From contig CALCDZ010000004.1 in NCBI GenBank assembly GCA_937900255.1, positions 20,857-84,856 of the forward strand: 64,000 nt of DNA, written 5' to 3'. Made by a program: the position numbers and the translations under genes. The notes below the pieces were generated by a model. The model did not search any database, was not told the origin of the DNA, and saw nothing but the letters and a program-made list of their open reading frames with translations. Below, one piece after another: positions 49,556-58,949 of this stretch. Position 1 is the stretch's first letter, and every line of letters begins with the position of its first letter. Source of the stretch: an uncultured bacterium (GTDB lineage: Bacteria > Patescibacteriota > Patescibacteriia > SG8-24 > DYFX01).

Positions 49556-50587
49556 ATGGGGACCAAGATCTTTATCCGCGACCTGGAAGCCGTCAACTTC
49601 GACAAGCTCGTTGCGCTCGCCCTCGAGTCCTGCACTGTACTCGGCTTATCGCCCGATGAGCTCCAGCCGGTGGTCGGCGAGCAGACCGACGCCTCGATCG
49701 ATCTCGAAGGCTTGGTCGACCCGTATCGCGGCCCCAACATCCGATCGCTGACCGAGGCGTATGCGGTTCACCGCGGTCTCGTGACGGCCGATGCCGATGG
49801 GCACGCGATCCAGAGCAAGATCCCCGGACTCGTGAGCCTGTGCACGGTCCTGGCCGAGAATCACGGCAAGGTCGCGGGTGTTCAAGGGGGCGGTCTCTAT
49901 CGTAAGGGGCTGATCCCGAACTTCGCCCGGAACCTGCCGCTTCTCGCCGGGGATGCGCCCGCACTGATCGTCAAGATCATCGGCGCGATCGTCGCGGTGC
50001 TCAAGAACCCGGACGCCAAACTGGCGCTCGTCGGCCTTTCCCTCGAGAGGGAGTGGGTCGGGATCGCCACGCGGTTCGGGTGTGCCGAGCAGCAGGTCAT
50101 GAACGAGGCGCGGCGCATGGCGTGCGATCTGCGCGCTCGTGACCTTGAGAACGCCCGCACCTTCGATCTGCGGCACGCACCGGACACGAAGGGGTTGGTC
50201 CTCGTGACCAAGAACCCCAACCTCATGAAGCACCTCTGGCGCGCGCTCGGCGATCTGCGCGCTCCGATCGGAGTGGCGCTGGTGAAGAACCCGCACACGG
50301 GCCGCATCGCGTTGCTCACCGCCTCTCTCGTGAAGGTCGATCTGCATGCCGTCGAGGCCTCGCTCCATGCGGGCTTCCCCGGCGCTCGGTTCGACGTCAA
50401 TCACGCGGCAGGGCGCGTCATTTGGGACCCGTCGGTCTCCGAGGCTCCTGGCCCGGGAATCGACGCCTTCCAGGAGATCGTGCGGAAGGACCTGTCTTTC
50501 GTCCGTGACGCCTCGATCCCGAACGCCGTTCCGGCACCTTCGATGAAGGTGTCGATCGGCGACCGGCACGCATCCAAGCGCGCCTGA
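49556..50587 (+). CDS. hypothetical protein (343 aa), no confident family assignment
   Basis: Strong promoter and Shine-Dalgarno. Only a weak resemblance to the DHHA1 G..H.AAG element (GARFDVNHAAG); no clear DHH motif. Confidence 0.5.
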   Translation: MGTKIFIRDLEAVNFDKLVALALESCTVLGLSPDELQPVVGEQTDASIDLEGLVDPYRGPNIRSLTEAYAVHRGLVTADADGHAIQSKIPGLVSLCTVLAENHGKVAGVQGGGLYRKGLIPNFARNLPLLAGDAPALIVKIIGAIVAVLKNPDAKLALVGLSLEREWVGIATRFGCAEQQVMNEARRMACDLRARDLENARTFDLRHAPDTKGLVLVTKNPNLMKHLWRALGDLRAPIGVALVKNPHTGRIALLTASLVKVDLHAVEASLHAGFPGARFDVNHAAGRVIWDPSVSEAPGPGIDAFQEIVRKDLSFVRDASIPNAVPAPSMKVSIGDRHASKRA

Positions 50588-50600
50588 CCGTCTCAACACG

Positions 50601-50630
50601 ACGCCTCCCCGGTTCTCGGGGAGGCGTTTT
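50601..50630. terminator. bidirectional rho-independent terminator
   Basis: ACGCCTCCCC-ggttctc-GGGGAGGCGT followed by TTTTCACGTT; overlaps the pth stop codon. Confidence 0.6.
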
Positions 50631-51196
50631 CACGTTCCGATATTGAAGAGATTCATCGCCCGTGTCACGTCCTCCTTCAGCGCCGTCTCGATCGCGTCGG
50701 CCGCCTTCGCGACCATCTCCTGCGCGACATGCTTCTCTTCCGGCCCGAACGGCTGCAGCACGTAATCCTCGATCGGCACCGGCGTCGCCGGACGTCCGAT
50801 GCCCAGGCGGAAGCGCGTGAACGCCCGGTCGCCGAGGCGTTCGATGACGGAAGCGATGCCGTTGTGCCCGCCCGAGGAGCCTCCGACGCGGATGCGGAGC
50901 TTGCCGAGCGGCAGGTCCAGGTCATCGTGCGCGACCCAGACGTCGGCCGGGACGAGCTTGAAGTAACGCGCGCAGGCGGCGACGGAAGCGCCCGAGAGGT
51001 TCATGAAGGTGTGCGGCCGGAGCAGCAGCACATCCTTCCCATGCGCGCGGCCCTTGCCGATATCGCCGTCGAACCGCGTATCGTAGTGCCCGAACCCCCA
51101 GCGCTCCGCCAGCTGGTCGACCACCCGGAACCCGAGGTTGTGCCGGGTCTTTTCGTATTTCGCGCCCGGATTGCCCAAGCCGACGATCAGGATCAT
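50630..51196 (-). CDS. pth: peptidyl-tRNA hydrolase
   Basis: MILIVGLGNPGAKYEKTRHNLGF...; start at MILIVGL inside a longer track ORF. Confidence 0.9.
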   Translation of the reverse strand: MILIVGLGNPGAKYEKTRHNLGFRVVDQLAERWGFGHYDTRFDGDIGKGRAHGKDVLLLRPHTFMNLSGASVAACARYFKLVPADVWVAHDDLDLPLGKLRIRVGGSSGGHNGIASVIERLGDRAFTRFRLGIGRPATPVPIEDYVLQPFGPEEKHVAQEMVAKAADAIETALKEDVTRAMNLFNIGT

Positions 51197-51246
51197 ATGG
51201 ACGCATTCTACACCAAAAAACGCCCCTCGCGGAGCGTCTTTTGTCC

Positions 51247-52626
51247 TCACTTCTCGATCTCGCGGTAGTTGACGATGACCGGCGTGCCCTCGAGGCCGAA
51301 CTCGTCGCGCAGGCGGTTCTCGACGAACTTGGTGATGGTCGGGTCGGTGAAGTTCTTGTCCTTCACCAGCATGATGAACTTCGGCGGCGTGGTGCCGTTC
51401 TGGCGGATGCCGTAGACGTGGGTCTGCTTGCGCTTCTGTCCGAGCATCGTCTTGTTGCGGGAGATGCGGGAGGCCAGGTACGGCTTGACGCGCTTCTCGA
51501 CGAAACGGTCGAGCTCCTCGTTGGTCAGCTCGCGTTCGCGGGCGGCTTTCACCTTGAGCGCCATGTCGAGCAGGTTCTGCACCCGCATGCCGGTCTTGGC
51601 CGAGACGAAGGCGATCGGCGCCCAGCGCAGGAAGGGGAGCGAGAGATAGATCTCTTCCCGTTGCTCATCCGCGCTCTTGGTGGTCTTTTCGGTAAGCGTG
51701 TCCCACTTGTTGAGCACGATGACGATGCCTTTGCCGGAGTCGGAAGCGAGGCCGGCCAGATGCTGGTCCTGCTGCTCGACTCCTTGGCTCACGTCGATCA
51801 CCAGGAAGACGACGTCGGCCTGCTGGATGGCGGTCAGGCTCTTGCCGACGCTGACCGATTCGAGGCCTTTGGCGATATGCGACCGCTTGCGGATGCCGGC
51901 CGTGTCGACCACCAGGATCGGGCGGTCCTTGTAGAAGAGGAGGGTATCCTGAGGTTCGCGGGTGGTGTGCGGGACCTCCGAGACGATGACGCGGTCCTCG
52001 CCGATCATGGCGTTCAGGAGCGACGATTTGCCGACGTTCGGGCGTCCGATCATGGCGATCGTGACGTCGGGGACGATCTTGTCGAGCGGGAGCTCGAGCG
52101 CGGTGAACTCCTCGAAGATGCGGTCCAGCAGGTCGCCGGTGCCGGCGCCGCTCGCGGCGGAGACGGCCATCGGCTCGCCGAGCCCGAGCTTCTTCCATTC
52201 GTCGCCGACCTCGCGCTGCTGCGCCGGGCCGTCGGCCTTGTTGACCGCCAGGATGACCGGACGGCCCGCCTTGCGGAGCTCCTTGGCGAGCACGATGTCC
52301 GTCGAAAGCGGCCCGGTCAGGGCGTCCCCGAGGAAGACGATCACGTGCGATTTCTGGGCGGCGCGCAGGGCCTGCTTGCGGACGTTCACTTCGATCTCGT
52401 CCTGCTTGATGATGTCCAAGCCGCCGGTGTCGAGGAGCGTCAGGAGCTGTCCGCGCCAGCGCGCCATGCCGACGCCGATGTCGCGGGTCGTGCCAGGGAC
52501 GTCCGAAACGATGGCCTGATTGTCCTCGATCAACCGGTTGAACAGCGAAGATTTCCCGACGTTCTTGCGTCCGACGAGCGCGACCGATGGCGAGGCGTGT
52601 ACCTTTGGCTTTTCTTTGGTCGGCAT
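51247..52626 (-). CDS. der: ribosome-biogenesis GTPase Der (EngA)
   Basis: Two tandem G domains (GRKNVGKSSLFN, GRPNVGKSSLLN) plus C-terminal KH-like domain. Confidence 0.9.
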   Translation of the reverse strand: MPTKEKPKVHASPSVALVGRKNVGKSSLFNRLIEDNQAIVSDVPGTTRDIGVGMARWRGQLLTLLDTGGLDIIKQDEIEVNVRKQALRAAQKSHVIVFLGDALTGPLSTDIVLAKELRKAGRPVILAVNKADGPAQQREVGDEWKKLGLGEPMAVSAASGAGTGDLLDRIFEEFTALELPLDKIVPDVTIAMIGRPNVGKSSLLNAMIGEDRVIVSEVPHTTREPQDTLLFYKDRPILVVDTAGIRKRSHIAKGLESVSVGKSLTAIQQADVVFLVIDVSQGVEQQDQHLAGLASDSGKGIVIVLNKWDTLTEKTTKSADEQREEIYLSLPFLRWAPIAFVSAKTGMRVQNLLDMALKVKAARERELTNEELDRFVEKRVKPYLASRISRNKTMLGQKRKQTHVYGIRQNGTTPPKFIMLVKDKNFTDPTITKFVENRLRDEFGLEGTPVIVNYREIEK

Positions 52627-52627
52627 A

Positions 52628-54088
52628 TCATTTGATGGCGTCCTGGCCGAGGATGATGAGGAAGTCGACGCCGTCGCTCGCGGGCTGCTGGCCGTTGGAT
52701 AGCGCGATGTTCGATGGAGTAAGGCCGGTGGCGAGATACCCCGGCAGGGTCAGCGCCACGTCGGCGCCGAGCAGGTTGCGGAGCGTCTGGAGCTCCTCGG
52801 GATGCGCGCCGTCGCTCAGGTCGTAGACGGTCGTGCGCGGCAGGTCGGTCTTCTTGGAGTTGCCGATGCGGACCACTTCGTAGCCGATCTTGGCGACGGC
52901 GTCCTGAGTCTTCTTCGCGAGTCCCGGCTGCGTCGTGCCGTTGCGGATCTCGACGCGGATCGGCGCCGCTGCGGCTTTCGCGGCCGCCCCATCCGACTTC
53001 GTCTCGAGAAGCCTCGAGGCGATCCGCTGGACGTCGCTCCAATCGCCTTTACGCGGAAGGAGCACGTAGGCGTCGACGCCGGAGAGGGGGATGGTCGTGG
53101 CGTAAAGCGGTCCTTCAGGGTCGTCGCTGAGGACGCGGTGGACCATCGTGGAGCGATCGAGCCCGCGCAGGCCCTTCGCCAGCGCGACGATCTCCCAGAG
53201 CTCCATGTTGGTGACGACGTGATTCTGGAGCGTTTCGAGCACGCTGGCCACTCGCGAAGGATTGAGCAGGGTGTCGATCGAGACCAGTTTGTCCTTGAGC
53301 GCCAGGAGGACTTTCTGCTGCCGCCGGCTCCGGGCGAAGTCCGACCCTTCGCCGTTGTTGCCATGGCGCGAGCGGGCGTATTCTAGAGCGGTGTCGCCGT
53401 TCATCGTTTGGCGCCCCTTCTGGAACGAGACCGTCTTATAAAGCGCGTCATCGGTCGGATAGGCGTAATCGGTGAAGGCTTGGTCGACGTCGATCGTGAC
53501 CCCGCCGACGTCGTCGACCAGCGTCTTGTAGGCCGAGAAATCCACGCGCACGTAGTAGTCGATCGGTTGGTCGAGCAGGCGTCCGATGACGCGCGCCGTC
53601 GCTTCGCCGCCGGAACGCGGCTTGCTGTTCTCGGCCAGCGCGTTCACGGCGTTGATCTTGTTGGAGCCGCCTTCCGGCAGCGGGATCCAGAGGTCGCGGG
53701 GGAGCGAAAGGATGCCGACTTGGGAAGTCGACGGCTTGAAAGTGACGAACAGCATGGTGTCGGTCAGGTGGGGCCCGTCGTGCCCTTCGCCGCCCTCTCC
53801 GAGCACCAGGATGTTGATGCGGTCGCGGTCCTCGCCGCTCAGCTTCTTTTCGGAAGTGCCGACCAGCCGACGGACCTGCTCGATCAAGGAGACCTTCTTG
53901 CCGCCAGGAGCCGGATTGATCCTCGAGGCGGCGGAAATCAGCCTGGCCGAAGCGAGGGAGAAGAACAGGGGAACGAGCAGCGCGGCGGCCGCCAGGGCGA
54001 TGGCGACGCCCTTCCAAAACGAAAAACGGCGCCGAGGCAGCAGGCTTCCGGTTTCTTGGTCAAGCAGGTTGATTTTCGGCGGCTTCAT
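52628..54088 (-). CDS. LytR-CpsA-Psr (LCP) family protein
   Basis: N-terminal TM anchor; LCP core (RINILVLGEGGEG...DTMLFVTF...LSLPRDLWIPLP); C-terminal LytR_C-like domain. Confidence 0.8.
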   Translation of the reverse strand: MKPPKINLLDQETGSLLPRRRFSFWKGVAIALAAAALLVPLFFSLASARLISAASRINPAPGGKKVSLIEQVRRLVGTSEKKLSGEDRDRINILVLGEGGEGHDGPHLTDTMLFVTFKPSTSQVGILSLPRDLWIPLPEGGSNKINAVNALAENSKPRSGGEATARVIGRLLDQPIDYYVRVDFSAYKTLVDDVGGVTIDVDQAFTDYAYPTDDALYKTVSFQKGRQTMNGDTALEYARSRHGNNGEGSDFARSRRQQKVLLALKDKLVSIDTLLNPSRVASVLETLQNHVVTNMELWEIVALAKGLRGLDRSTMVHRVLSDDPEGPLYATTIPLSGVDAYVLLPRKGDWSDVQRIASRLLETKSDGAAAKAAAAPIRVEIRNGTTQPGLAKKTQDAVAKIGYEVVRIGNSKKTDLPRTTVYDLSDGAHPEELQTLRNLLGADVALTLPGYLATGLTPSNIALSNGQQPASDGVDFLIILGQDAIK

Positions 54089-54117
54089 CGTGGGGGCTTG
54101 CGAGACGGAAATAAGCC

Positions 54118-54146
54118 TGCTAGACTGGCGACTACCCGTGTATAAT
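54118..54146 (+). promoter_or_regulatory. candidate promoter for tRNA-Val
   Basis: Perfect TATAAT at 54141-54146 with a weak -35 (TGCTAG) 17 nt upstream. Confidence 0.25.
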
Positions 54147-54189
54147 AGGAAAGGAACGCGCGTTTGTCCAGGTCACGGCGTTCCAGCGC

Positions 54190-54266
54190 GGACGTTTGGC
54201 TCAGCCGGTTAGAGCGCTGTCTTCACACGACAGAGGTCGGTGGTTCGAATCCACCAACGTCCACCA
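54190..54266 (+). tRNA. tRNA-Val (anticodon CAC)
   Basis: GGACGTT/AACGTCC acceptor; D-arm GCTC-AGCCGGTTA-GAGC; anticodon stem CTGTC/GACAG with loop TTCACAC; T-arm GGTGG-TTCGAAT-CCACC; encoded ACCA. Confidence 0.85.
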
Positions 54267-54336
54267 GCCTTCGCCAAGGCTTCGGCTGACACGCCATCCG
54301 AGGAAGGCTTCGCGAAGATTGGTCTAGAAACTTCAC

Positions 54337-54966
54337 ATGCCCGCAACTCTCCCGACTCCCGCGTTGGAGGAACAAAAGACCGAGCCCGGAAACCAGGCAC
54401 CCGGGGCCGACCCCTCGTTTTTCGTCCGGCTCGGGCGTTTCGGGATGGAGATCGCCGAGATCGTCGTCATCTCGCTCGCCATCATCCTGCCGATCCGGTA
54501 CTTCCTGGTGCAGCCCTTTTATGTCAAAGGCGCCTCGATGGAGCCGACGTTCGATGACCGCGAGTACCTGATCATCGACGAATTGAGCTATCGCCTGCGC
54601 CACGCGGAACGTGGTGAAGTGGTCGTGTTCCGGTACCCGCTCGACCCCAGGCAGTTCTTCATCAAGCGCGTCATCGGTCTTCCCGGCGAGACGGTGAAGG
54701 TGTCGGGGCGGAAAGTCACCATCATCAACGCCGCGCACCCGGACGGCTTCATCCTGGACGAGACCGCGTATCTTTCTCCTGACGTCCCGACCGAAGGCGA
54801 ACGGACCATCAAGCTCAGTCACGACGAGTACTTCGTGATGGGCGATAACCGCACCGCCAGCCTGGATTCCCGCATCTTCGGGCCGCTCCCGGCCCAAGAC
54901 GTCGTCGGCCGGGTCTGGATCCGCGGATGGCCCATCGATCGAGCGACCGTTTTCCGAGCACCATAA
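54337..54966 (+). CDS. lepB: signal peptidase I
   Basis: S26 motifs GASMEPT (Ser nucleophile), KRVIGLPGE (Lys), GDNRTASLDSR; N-terminal TM anchor. Start may be at 54445 instead. Confidence 0.85.
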   Translation: MPATLPTPALEEQKTEPGNQAPGADPSFFVRLGRFGMEIAEIVVISLAIILPIRYFLVQPFYVKGASMEPTFDDREYLIIDELSYRLRHAERGEVVVFRYPLDPRQFFIKRVIGLPGETVKVSGRKVTIINAAHPDGFILDETAYLSPDVPTEGERTIKLSHDEYFVMGDNRTASLDSRIFGPLPAQDVVGRVWIRGWPIDRATVFRAP

Positions 54967-54987
54967 CCCAGCGCACTAAACGCCCGC

Positions 54988-56532
54988 ATGACCAAGATGA
55001 AAAAGACCCCGTCGGTCAAGGCGCCGGCTCCCGCCAAGGCCGGGACCGGAAGCAAGCCGGCCGCGGCGCCGTCGGCGCCCGGGACGGAGGAGATCCAGCA
55101 GAAGCCGAAACGCACCGCGCCCACGCCCCAGGCCCTGCGCGGCATGAAGGACATCTTGCCGGTGGACCAGAAGTATTGGATGCATGTCCGCGCGTGCGTG
55201 GAATCGATCGCCGGCACCTTCGGGTTCGAGCGCATCGATACGCCCATCCTTGAAGAGTCATCGCTGTTCGTCCGCGGTACCGGCAAGCACACCGATATCG
55301 TCGAGAAGGAGATGTTCTCGTTCGTCGACCAGGGCGGGGAATCCATGGCGCTTCGCCCCGAGTTCACGCCGTCGGTCACCCGCGCGTACATCAACCATGG
55401 CATGTGGAACCAGCCCCAGCCGATCAAATGGTTCACCTGGGGGCCGGTCTTCCGCCACGAGCGCCCTCAAGCCGGGCGTTTCCGCCAGTTCACCCAGTCC
55501 GGACTGGACGTCTTCGGCGACCGGCATCCGGTCATCGACGCCAACCTGATTTTCGCGGCGCACACCTTGTTCAAGGACCTCGGGATCGAAGCGCTGGTGC
55601 AGGTCAATTCGATCGGCGACCTCGCCTCGCGCGAAGCGTACAAGAACGAGCTCGTCTCGTACTATCGCAGCAAGCGTTCCCAGACGTGCGAGAACTGCAA
55701 GAAGCGCCTCCTCAAGAACCCGCTGCGCGTCCTCGATTGCAAGGAGGAAGGTTGCCAGGCCATCAAGGCCGAAGCGCCGCAGATCGTGGATTTCCTGAAC
55801 GAGGAATCCAAGAACCATTTCATCCGCGTGCTCGAATACCTGGACGAGCTGGAAGTGCCGTATCAGCTCCAGCCGCACTTGGTCCGCGGACTCGATTACT
55901 ACAGTCATACGGTGTTCGAGATCGTCGGCGCCGAAGAGGCGGACAAGTCGGGTTCGCAGGCGGTGCTCGCGGCGGGCGGCCGCTATGACGGCCTCATGGA
56001 GATCCTCGGCGGCAATCCGATACCGGCTGTCGGGTTCGCCTGGGGGATCGAGCGCATCATCCTTCGCCTCAAGGAAAAGTCCGTGCGTGTCCCGGACCTG
56101 CAGACCGCAGACGTCTTCGTCGCCCAGCTCGGCGAACCGGCCCGGCGCAAGACGCTCGCCCTGTTCAATGCCCTCAGGAAGGAGGGCGTGCGCGTGGGTG
56201 AAAGCTTCTCCCGCGATGCCCTCAAGCAGCAGCTGGAGATCGCCAACCGCCTCGGCGTGCGCTATACCGTCATCCTCGGCCAGAAGGAAGTCCTCGACGG
56301 GACCGCGCTCATCCGCGACATGGATTCGGGCATCCAGGAGATCGTCGACTTCAAGAAATGCGTCGCCGAACTCAAGCGCAAGCTGGCCATGCCGGCTCCG
56401 CCCAAGGCTCCTCCCGCGCCGGTTCCTCCGGAGCAGGAGGATCCGCTCCTGGCTGAAGAGCCGATGAAGGTCGACGAGGAGGAAGAAGAAACGGAAGGGG
56501 AGGACGGTGAATCGAAGAAACGGAAGAAGTAG
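54988..56532 (+). CDS. hisS: histidyl-tRNA synthetase with N- and C-terminal low-complexity extensions
   Basis: Class-II motifs (ALRGMKDILP..., FRHERPQAGRFRQF, GGRYDGL). N-terminal ~40 aa Lys/Ala/Pro-rich; C-terminal EEEETEGEDGESKKRKK. Confidence 0.9.
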   Translation: MTKMKKTPSVKAPAPAKAGTGSKPAAAPSAPGTEEIQQKPKRTAPTPQALRGMKDILPVDQKYWMHVRACVESIAGTFGFERIDTPILEESSLFVRGTGKHTDIVEKEMFSFVDQGGESMALRPEFTPSVTRAYINHGMWNQPQPIKWFTWGPVFRHERPQAGRFRQFTQSGLDVFGDRHPVIDANLIFAAHTLFKDLGIEALVQVNSIGDLASREAYKNELVSYYRSKRSQTCENCKKRLLKNPLRVLDCKEEGCQAIKAEAPQIVDFLNEESKNHFIRVLEYLDELEVPYQLQPHLVRGLDYYSHTVFEIVGAEEADKSGSQAVLAAGGRYDGLMEILGGNPIPAVGFAWGIERIILRLKEKSVRVPDLQTADVFVAQLGEPARRKTLALFNALRKEGVRVGESFSRDALKQQLEIANRLGVRYTVILGQKEVLDGTALIRDMDSGIQEIVDFKKCVAELKRKLAMPAPPKAPPAPVPPEQEDPLLAEEPMKVDEEEEETEGEDGESKKRKK

Positions 56533-56533
56533 G

Positions 56534-56562
56534 AAAAGCCCGCCTGTACAGGCGGGCTTTTC
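56534..56562 (+). terminator. rho-independent terminator after hisS
   Basis: AAAA-GCCCGCC-tgtaca-GGCGGGC-TTTTCC. Confidence 0.65.
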
Positions 56563-56577
56563 CGCGCTATCCTCGAC

Positions 56578-58086
56578 ATGACTATGCCTATCGAAGGACG
56601 GGAACGGTCCGGAACGTTCGTCGCGGACGCCGCGGCGGCGTGCATCGCCATCATCCTCGGCTTGATCGCCGAATATCTTTTCCATGGGAAGCCGATCGGG
56701 GCCTCTTTCCCGGCATTCGCGGTCCTGTGCGCCGCCGGGCTGGTTCTCGCCCTGCGCTTGCGCGGGAGGTCCCTTCCGCGCTCCGCGTGGATCGTCATGC
56801 TTCCGCTCGTCGGCTTTTCCGGGATGCTCGCTTTCCGTGCGAACCCGGCGCTCGCCTGCATCAACGTCGCATGCAGTTTCGGTTCGTTCCTCCTTCTCGT
56901 CTCGGTGGCGTCCGGGCGGAAGGTCCGCGACTACGACCTCTCTGGCTATGCGAAGCTCGTTGCCCGTTCGATCGCCTTCATCCCGTCCGGCGTCCGGACG
57001 GCGGTCGGCCTTTGGGGCTACGGCACCCGCGATGCCAAGAGGGGGCGTGTACGTCAATTCTTGAAAGGGGCGTTGATCGCCCTTCCGTTCCTGCTCGCGT
57101 TCGGCGCCCTGTTCGCGTCGGCGGACCTGGCGTTCGACAAGTTCTTCCGGAATCTCCTTTCGGGTTTCTCCTTCCTCCGGTTCCAGGATGCGGTCTTTTG
57201 GGTCTTCATCGCGGCCGCTTTCCTTCTCGGGGCGTACGTGGCGGCAGGCAAGACGCACGAAGATCCTTCAGGCGCGGAAGCCGTACCCGAATCCGGATCC
57301 GACCACGTCCTTTCGATTTCGACGTCGCTTGCGCTCGTGAATGCCTTGTTCCTGGCGTTCATAGTCTTCCAGGTCGAGTATCTCTTCGGCGGCGCCGGGA
57401 ACGTCGGGCGGCTGGGGCTCACCTATGCGACCTATGCGCGGCGCGGTTTCTTCGAGCTTCTGGCCGTGACGGGGCTGTCGTTCCTGATGCTGCTCGGTTT
57501 CGAACGCCTCCTTTCCGGAAAGGGGGGCGGGCATGCGAAGGCCTTCAAGGCGCTTTCCTCGGTGCACGTCCTCCTCGTCGGCGCGGTCATCGCTTCGGCG
57601 CATCAACGTCTCGTCCTTTACGAGGACGCGTACGGTTTCACGACGCCCAGGTTCTTCGCGCACGCGTTCGTCTTCCTTCTTGGGGCCATGTTCCTCGTGC
57701 TCGCCGCCAAGATCGTCCTGGATCGCGATGGCCGTTGGTCGGCGTTCCGGCTGCTTGCCGCCGCCGCCGTCTTCTGCGCGTGCCTGGACGTCATCAATCC
57801 CGACGCCTTCGTGGCGGCCAGGAACCTGGAACGTTATCGGCAGACGGGAAAGATCGACGCGACCTATCTCGCCGGCCTTTCTTCGGACGCCATCCCGACG
57901 GCCATCGTGCTGCTCGATGTGAAGGATCCCGACGTCGCCGTGCGCTACGCGGAAGGCCTGCGCCGCAATCCGTACGTCCGGGCCCTTTCCGCGCGCCCCT
58001 GGTACGCCTTCGATTTCTCCGATGCCGCCGCCGCGTCCCTTCTGCGCGCCCGCGCGTCCGATGCCGCCTCCCCGAAAGGATATTGA
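56578..58086 (+). CDS. large multi-pass membrane protein of unknown function (possibly DUF4173-like)
   Basis: 502 aa, about 10 hydrophobic helices; no catalytic motif recognised. Confidence 0.4.
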   Translation: MTMPIEGRERSGTFVADAAAACIAIILGLIAEYLFHGKPIGASFPAFAVLCAAGLVLALRLRGRSLPRSAWIVMLPLVGFSGMLAFRANPALACINVACSFGSFLLLVSVASGRKVRDYDLSGYAKLVARSIAFIPSGVRTAVGLWGYGTRDAKRGRVRQFLKGALIALPFLLAFGALFASADLAFDKFFRNLLSGFSFLRFQDAVFWVFIAAAFLLGAYVAAGKTHEDPSGAEAVPESGSDHVLSISTSLALVNALFLAFIVFQVEYLFGGAGNVGRLGLTYATYARRGFFELLAVTGLSFLMLLGFERLLSGKGGGHAKAFKALSSVHVLLVGAVIASAHQRLVLYEDAYGFTTPRFFAHAFVFLLGAMFLVLAAKIVLDRDGRWSAFRLLAAAAVFCACLDVINPDAFVAARNLERYRQTGKIDATYLAGLSSDAIPTAIVLLDVKDPDVAVRYAEGLRRNPYVRALSARPWYAFDFSDAAAASLLRARASDAASPKGY

Positions 58087-58166
58087 CCTTAAAGACGCCC
58101 CCTGGTATCCTCTTCTTGAGACCCACTCGTCTCTCAATTTTTAGTGGAAAGGAAGGTGTATCGTTT

Positions 58167-58418
58167 GTGGTTGAAGTCAAACGCAAAAAAGGAGAAAGTT
58201 TCGAAGCCCTGCTTCGCCGTTTCAGCCGCCGCATCCAACAGAGCGGCCGGGTTCTTCAGGCCAAGAAAGTCCGCTTTCATCATCCTGAAAAGAACAAGAA
58301 CGCCCAACGCGATGCCGCGCTCCGACGCCAGTTTCTCAGCGCGCGCCGCGAATATCTGCTCAAGAGCGGCAAGCTGAAGGAAGAGGAGTTCGGCGCCCGC
58401 AAGAGCCATCGCGGCTAA
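58167..58418 (+). CDS. rpsU: 30S ribosomal protein S21
   Basis: GTG start preceded by GGAAAGGAAGG; VEVKRKKGESFEALLRRFSRR...RREYLLKSGK matches the S21 signature. It is in a different frame from the 58144 track ORF. Confidence 0.75.
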   Translation: MVEVKRKKGESFEALLRRFSRRIQQSGRVLQAKKVRFHHPEKNKNAQRDAALRRQFLSARREYLLKSGKLKEEEFGARKSHRG

Positions 58419-58465
58419 GCCCCGCCCCGGCGCCAGCCGGAGCCTCGCCTAGAACATTCGTCCGT

Positions 58466-58918
58466 ATGCCCCTCAGAAACGAGATCGAAACGCGCTTCGT
58501 GCAGGCGATGAAGGCGAAGGACGCCGCCTCGCTCTCCGTCTTCCGGATGCTGCGTTCGGCGCTCAAGAACGCCGAAATCGACAAGCAGGTCAAGGAGCTG
58601 GATGACGACCAGACGCTGGAAGTCATCGCACGGGAGGTCAAGAAGCTCAAGGACGCCATGACGGACTTCGAGAAAGCCGGGCGCCAAGACCTTCTTGCAC
58701 AGGCGTCGTCCGAAGTCGCCTTGCTCGCCCAGTTCCTGCCCGCTCAGCTCTCCGAAGCGGATGTCTCGGCCGCCGTGGCCAAGAAGGCCTCCGAACTCGG
58801 CCTCTCCGGCGAAGCGGCCTACGGCCGGCTGATGGGGGAGGTCATGAAGGACCTGAAAGGAAAGACGGACGGAGCCGCAGTCGGCAAGGCCGTCAAAGCG
58901 TTCCTGCAAAATACGTAG
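58466..58918 (+). CDS. yqeY: GatB/YqeY domain protein
   Basis: 150 aa; MPLRNEIETRFVQAMKAKDAASLSVFRMLRSALKNAEID... YqeY family; conserved rpsU-yqeY adjacency. Confidence 0.75.
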   Translation: MPLRNEIETRFVQAMKAKDAASLSVFRMLRSALKNAEIDKQVKELDDDQTLEVIAREVKKLKDAMTDFEKAGRQDLLAQASSEVALLAQFLPAQLSEADVSAAVAKKASELGLSGEAAYGRLMGEVMKDLKGKTDGAAVGKAVKAFLQNT

Positions 58919-58949
58919 AAAGACGGAGAACGGTAGCCCATCCTTTCCC

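Noticed and set aside
58144-58377. 77-aa track ORF near rpsU
   Set aside because: Wrong frame. The S21-like sequence (VEVKRKKGESFEALLRRF...) is encoded in the other frame from a GTG at 58167 to the stop at 58418, with a proper RBS.
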